A stretch of 64,000 nt of DNA, from positions 32,001-96,000 of the IMG/VR virus record IMGVR_UViG_3300045988_126550; one strand, given 5' to 3'. Positions 60,204 to 64,000 of the stretch are shown one piece after another (position 1 is the stretch's first letter; every line of letters starts with the position of its first letter). The stretch is from a virus. The notes under the pieces were generated by a model that made no database searches, was not told the DNA's origin, and saw only the letters and a program-made list of their open reading frames with translations. The translations under genes and the position numbers were made by a program.

Positions 60204-60687
60204 GAAATTGTGCTGGGAAATTTTATTCAGATATAAGAATGCACGACAAAAGAGATTAATTCGAGTATACAAGAAAAAGTATCCAGATTATATCGATGAT
60301 GAATACAATTGTGGTAATTTGAAATTTATCTGGGGCATTAAATCTTATGATGACATGTCTTCATCTGACGCAAACATGTGGACAATGAATGATATTGATA
60401 TTTATTACGATAGAGATACTAAACAGTATAGTTTAGGGGTTGAAACCATATATATGTTTGACGATACACAAGCTGAATGCGCATATTATAATAGCTTACT
60501 AGAATCGTTCACTAAATATATGAAGGAAAATGGACTGGACACAGAACGAAATTATTGCACGTTTTGTTCTGGCCTAGATCTAAGTCTTAAGGCTGATTCT
60601 ATTGAGGAGCTTTATGCCAGATTTAAAATTGCCGTAACTGGATTGTGTGCGGTGTGCGAGGAGAGAGGTAATTATGAATATCATTAA
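60196..60687 (+). CDS. hypothetical protein
   Basis: 163-aa ORF with a GGAGGA RBS. Confidence 0.65.
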   Translation: MFKKLCWEILFRYKNARQKRLIRVYKKKYPDYIDDEYNCGNLKFIWGIKSYDDMSSSDANMWTMNDIDIYYDRDTKQYSLGVETIYMFDDTQAECAYYNSLLESFTKYMKENGLDTERNYCTFCSGLDLSLKADSIEELYARFKIAVTGLCAVCEERGNYEYH

Positions 60688-61150
60688 CAATTACTCCACA
60701 ACCATTGTGTCTATTTTTCAAGATGTTATTAATAATTACGAAAGAAACCTTGAGATTATCAAACAAGCAGAAGAAGAACTTATGGATCTAGAACATGAAA
60801 TTGAATTGTCCGCCCCAAAAGATATGTATAAAGGATACTTGGCATATAAAGAAGTTAGAGATGTACGTATTAAAAGGCGCAAAGCCAAAGAAGAAAATGA
60901 ATTACTTAAAGATATGTATGATTATCTCAAAAGTCAGCAAGGACAGTCATTCAAGAATAAGATCCAATCCATTCAGGGTGCGTCAGTAAAACTACGGGAT
61001 GCACAAGAACATAGAACCTATATTCCAAGACAGAGAAGTGATTTGACGATTACTAATCATACAAGCGTTGCGCACAAGCCATTTGAGGAAATGTTAAGTG
61101 ATTTTAATAAGATTAAGGTGAGCACTCAGAATGGTAAGTTAAGAAAATAA
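60674..61150 (+). CDS. hypothetical protein
   Basis: Internal ATG after GAGAGG. Confidence 0.65.
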   Translation: MNIINNYSTTIVSIFQDVINNYERNLEIIKQAEEELMDLEHEIELSAPKDMYKGYLAYKEVRDVRIKRRKAKEENELLKDMYDYLKSQQGQSFKNKIQSIQGASVKLRDAQEHRTYIPRQRSDLTITNHTSVAHKPFEEMLSDFNKIKVSTQNGKLRK

Positions 61151-61163
61151 GTGGTGGAGAGGA

Positions 61164-61355
61164 ATGGGTATTTATTATTTTACAAGACCAGATCAGATGG
61201 CTGGGCATAAATTTACTGATGATGTTGCAGTCGTATGGGCAATGAGTAAGAAATCTGCAATCAAGAAGTTCTCTGTGCTATATGCAGATGTGCAGGAGAA
61301 TGAAGTCGATAAGATTGGTTTCTGGACTCGTGCCAGAGTTTTAACAGATTATTAA
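61164..61355 (+). CDS. hypothetical protein
   Basis: 63-aa ORF with a GGAGAGG RBS. Confidence 0.55.
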   Translation: MGIYYFTRPDQMAGHKFTDDVAVVWAMSKKSAIKKFSVLYADVQENEVDKIGFWTRARVLTDY

Positions 61356-61367
61356 CGGAGTGATTTA

Positions 61368-63272
61368 ATGAATAAGATTGATAGAGTTCGAGAATTAACA
61401 GAATTTCTTAATAAGGCAGCGGACGCATATTACAATACCGGCGATACAATTATGGAGGATCATGAGTTTGATACACTCCTAGAAGAGCTTTGTTCTTTAG
61501 AGCAAGAAACTGGATTTGTTATGGCAACTTCGCCTACGCATAAAGTTGGATACGAAGTAAAATCAGAACTACAGAAGGTAACACATAATCATCCTATGTT
61601 GTCTTTGGCAAAGACTAAAGATTGGAATGAGTTCATTATGCATTTTGGGAGCAAAGATGTCATAGGAATGTTAAAGATGGATGGATTAACTTGTAGCTTA
61701 AGATACATTGACGGTGAGCTAGTATCAGCAGAAACTCGTGGCAACGGAGAAATTGGTGAAGACATTTTTCACAACATCAAAACCGTAAAGACAGTTCCAC
61801 AGAAGATTCCATATAAGGATGAACTCATTGTTGATGGTGAGATTATTTGTACATATGAAGACTTTGAGCCATTCTCTACAGAATACAAGAATCCGAGAAA
61901 CTTTGCCTCTGGTAGCATCAGACTACTTGATTCAAATGAATGTGCAAAGAGACCACTAACATTTGTAGCTTGGAATGTAATCAAGGGCTTTGATGATGAG
62001 AATAGCTTTTTGCAGAAGCTAGAACTTATTAAGAAGCAAGGCTTCACTGTTGTACCGTGGACTAGTTCTTTTGATTGGGATGCAAAGGAATTTTTGGTCA
62101 ATAAGGCTAAGAAGCTTGGATATCCAATTGACGGTTTGGTTGGGCGTTTTGATGACATCAAGTATGGAGAGAACCTTGGGGCAACAGAACATCATAGTAA
62201 TAGTGCTCTTGCGTACAAATTCAAGGATGATGTATACGAAACAACTTTGAGAAATGTTGAGTGGGACACAACAAGAACTGGAATTATTGCTCCCGTAGCC
62301 GTTTTCGATGAGATTGACCTAGACGGAGCCTTGACCACAAGAGCTACACTTCATAATCTTTCCATTATTGAGCAACTTGAGCTTGGTATTGGCGATACCA
62401 TTACAGTATATAGGTCAAATATGGTAATTCCTAAGATTGATGACAATTTAACTCGTAGTAATACGCTAAAAATCCCTACTACTTGTCCTTGCTGTGGGCA
62501 ATCTGCTGAGATTAAATATACAGCTAATAGTAAGGTATTAATGTGTACTAACCCAGATTGTGCAGCAAAGAAATTGGCCCAATTTACTCACTTCGTCAGT
62601 CGTAAATGTATGAATATTGATGGACTGTCAGAACGTACCCTGGAGACGTTAATTTCGCATGGTTTTATACATAACTACAAAGATATCTATCATCTAAGTG
62701 ACCACAGGAGTGAACTTATTAGACTTGATGGATACGGTGCAAAGTCTATTGATAATCTATTGGAATCCATTGAAAAATCAAGGAATGTGAAGCTAGAAAA
62801 CTTTATTACCGCACTTGGTATTCCTAATATTGGATTGTCTGCGGCAAAGGCTATCAGTAAGAAGTTTAATGGTGATCATTATGAATTTATACAGGCGTTG
62901 TCCAGCGATTATGACTTTAGTCAGATTGATGATTTCGGAGAGATTACGAATAAATCATTGCACGATTGGTGGAAGAGTAAAGATCCAATGGCAGAGCTAT
63001 TGCCTATTGAGATGAATTTTATTGTTGAGGAGAAGAGTGCCGATAATTCGTTAAGTGGGCTTAAATTCTGTATAACTGGAACTTTTAGTCAATCACGAGA
63101 CGAGCTTAAAGCAATACTTGAATCTAAAGGAGCAAAGTTTATTAGTTCTGTAAGTAAAAATCTCGATGTGCTTTTTATTGGAGATAAAGCTGGTAGCAAA
63201 CTTGCTAAAGCACAACAACTTGGAATTAAAATTGCAGACGAAAACGAACTAATGAAGATATTGGGCGATTAA
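61368..63272 (+). CDS. ligA: NAD-dependent DNA ligase
   Basis: N-terminal YY..D....D.EFD..L, adenylation motif LKMDGL, Zn finger CPCCGQ...C.NPDC, HhH region and a C-terminal BRCT (FCITGTF...LFIGDKAGSKLAKA). Confidence 0.92.
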   Translation: MNKIDRVRELTEFLNKAADAYYNTGDTIMEDHEFDTLLEELCSLEQETGFVMATSPTHKVGYEVKSELQKVTHNHPMLSLAKTKDWNEFIMHFGSKDVIGMLKMDGLTCSLRYIDGELVSAETRGNGEIGEDIFHNIKTVKTVPQKIPYKDELIVDGEIICTYEDFEPFSTEYKNPRNFASGSIRLLDSNECAKRPLTFVAWNVIKGFDDENSFLQKLELIKKQGFTVVPWTSSFDWDAKEFLVNKAKKLGYPIDGLVGRFDDIKYGENLGATEHHSNSALAYKFKDDVYETTLRNVEWDTTRTGIIAPVAVFDEIDLDGALTTRATLHNLSIIEQLELGIGDTITVYRSNMVIPKIDDNLTRSNTLKIPTTCPCCGQSAEIKYTANSKVLMCTNPDCAAKKLAQFTHFVSRKCMNIDGLSERTLETLISHGFIHNYKDIYHLSDHRSELIRLDGYGAKSIDNLLESIEKSRNVKLENFITALGIPNIGLSAAKAISKKFNGDHYEFIQALSSDYDFSQIDDFGEITNKSLHDWWKSKDPMAELLPIEMNFIVEEKSADNSLSGLKFCITGTFSQSRDELKAILESKGAKFISSVSKNLDVLFIGDKAGSKLAKAQQLGIKIADENELMKILGD

Positions 63273-63277
63273 ATTTT

Positions 63278-63308
63278 GGGTGGCAGTATAAAAAATTGTA
63301 TTGCCACC
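63278..63308 (+). other. stem-loop after ligA (possible terminator lacking a T-run)
   Basis: GGTGGCA-N17-TGCCACC, immediately before the next promoter. Confidence 0.4.
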
Positions 63309-63310
63309 TC

Positions 63311-63338
63311 TTGACAAATATTATAATCGTGCTATAAT
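63311..63338 (+). promoter_or_regulatory. sigma-A-type promoter (extended -10)
   Basis: TTGACA-N16-TGcTATAAT. Confidence 0.65.
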
Positions 63339-63343
63339 AACAG

Positions 63344-63354
63344 TACAAAATTAA
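63344..63354 (+). promoter_or_regulatory. leader motif TACAAAATTAA (exact)
   Basis: 15 nt upstream of ATG 63370. Confidence 0.55.
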
Positions 63355-63369
63355 TGAAGGAGGAATAAT

Positions 63370-63699
63370 ATGGACGAACAGAATGTAACGCAAATTGAAG
63401 AACAGGAGCAAGAGAATCCTACAACAGAATCAGAAGAGGCTGTAGCAGATGAACTAAAGGACAAGATTTCTGAAACACTAGAAAAAATCCGCACACAAAA
63501 CATGCTACTTGGTGCTCGTGCTATGGCAGTAACAATTGCAGGTATTATTGATAATGCAATGAATGCGCCCGGCAAGCGTACTATGGCAGACATGAAGAGA
63601 CTTGTAAAGAAGGTTCGTGATTTTTGTCAGAAAGCGATTGACCATCCGGTAGAAGAGCCAAAATTTGATACGAATAACGAGGAGGAGACAGATGCCTAA
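63370..63699 (+). CDS. hypothetical protein (acidic termini)
   Basis: 109-aa ORF after a promoter and a leader motif. Confidence 0.65.
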   Translation: MDEQNVTQIEEQEQENPTTESEEAVADELKDKISETLEKIRTQNMLLGARAMAVTIAGIIDNAMNAPGKRTMADMKRLVKKVRDFCQKAIDHPVEEPKFDTNNEEETDA

Positions 63700-64000
63700 G
63701 CTTGTTGGATGGTCTGATATTTTGAGCAGTCATTGCACTGAGCGTCTTACAAATGCTCATAAGCAGGAAATTGTGAAAACTATCAGACGTAGACATTATA
63801 ATTTTACTTATTTTGATCATCAGAATATGAGTTATTGCTGCCCATTCTTTGATAATGGTTATATGATTTCACTTAATAAAAAGCAGTTTGATGAAATTAT
63901 GGCAGAAGCCTATGAGGAAATTCCAGTTGGACAGAGATTGCTCCCTATGGACGCAATTAAATCTAAGCCTGTTAATGAAGTACTATTTGAAAAAGAAGAA
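63692..64000 (+). CDS. hypothetical protein, 3'-truncated by the window end
   Basis: ATG after GGAGGAG. Open for 103 codons to the window edge. Not in the supplied track. Confidence 0.55.
   Translation, partial: MPKLVGWSDILSSHCTERLTNAHKQEIVKTIRRRHYNFTYFDHQNMSYCCPFFDNGYMISLNKKQFDEIMAEAYEEIPVGQRLLPMDAIKSKPVNEVLFEKEE

Noticed and set aside
1624-62250. Alternative-frame + strand ORFs nested in larger genes, for example 1624..1890, 2767..3006, 3016..3225, 4673..4885, 16951..17211, 21861..22049, 35605..35949, 36093..36374, 36863..37165, 37915..38115, 43265..43465, 52065..52292, 54869..55108, 55919..56122, 58099..58287, 59682..59864, 60795..60989, 62050..62250 and 62815..63015.
   Set aside because: They lie fully inside better-supported ORFs, have no RBS and show no recognisable motifs.
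43-63354. The repeated TACAAAATTAA copies considered as a CRISPR array or as a tandem or interspersed mobile repeat.
   Set aside because: The copies are 300-8000 nt apart with genes between them. There is no regular repeat-spacer periodicity, no terminal inverted repeats and no associated transposase or cas genes.
236-63820. All minus-strand ORFs in the supplied track, for example 864..1748, 2754..3500, 4453..4989, 10269..10748, 30860..31228 and 61769..62161.
   Set aside because: Each lies antisense inside a longer + strand ORF that has a recognisable family or a strong RBS. None has an RBS or promoter of its own, and their products are low-complexity and hydrophobic, typical of shadow ORFs in AT-rich DNA.

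Overview
All convincing genes in this window lie on the + strand. They are densely packed, often with ATGA or TAATG overlaps, and have strong GGAGG-type ribosome binding sites. About 19 sigma-A-like promoters (cTTGACAAAT-N16/17-TGnTATAAT) are visible. I read it as the early, replication and nucleotide/RNA-metabolism region of a large AT-rich dsDNA phage of a Firmicutes-like host; the host call is inference from signal style only.

Recognisable content:
- Replication: DnaE-type Pol III alpha, DnaB-like helicase, TOPRIM primase-like protein, NAD-dependent LigA, a RecJ-like DHH exonuclease, an AAA_24-like ATPase and an SSB-like protein with an acidic tail.
- An N6-adenine DNA methyltransferase, a tyrosine recombinase and five homing-endonuclease-like genes.
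- Nucleotide and cofactor genes: dCMP deaminase, cysteine desulfurase and a divergent PurA-family enzyme next to a vWA protein.
- A 4.4-kb tRNA/ncRNA island at 41.9-46.3 kb with an embedded Ro60-like (DUF2828 + vWA) gene.
- An RNA healing-and-sealing gene set: an HD protein, an Rnl1-type RNA ligase, a Pol-beta nucleotidyltransferase, a kinase-HD fusion, a radical SAM enzyme and a Thg1-like protein.

Most unusual observations:
1. Several tRNA genes have intact acceptor, D and T arms but are interrupted by 20-60 nt insertions at different positions. They sit in the same genome as a complete RNA repair and ligation toolkit.
2. An 11-14 nt motif, (CAA)TACAAAATTAA, occurs at least 21 times exactly. 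Every copy is on the + strand, and nearly all sit just upstream of a ribosome binding site.
3. An ACAGCAA motif and hairpin family is confined to the tRNA island.
4. There are recoding candidates: a CCC-TGA +1 shift inside RecJ motif I, and two in-frame TAG codons.

No rRNA, CRISPR array or transposon was seen. All coordinates and motif counts come from manual reading and should be re-derived computationally.
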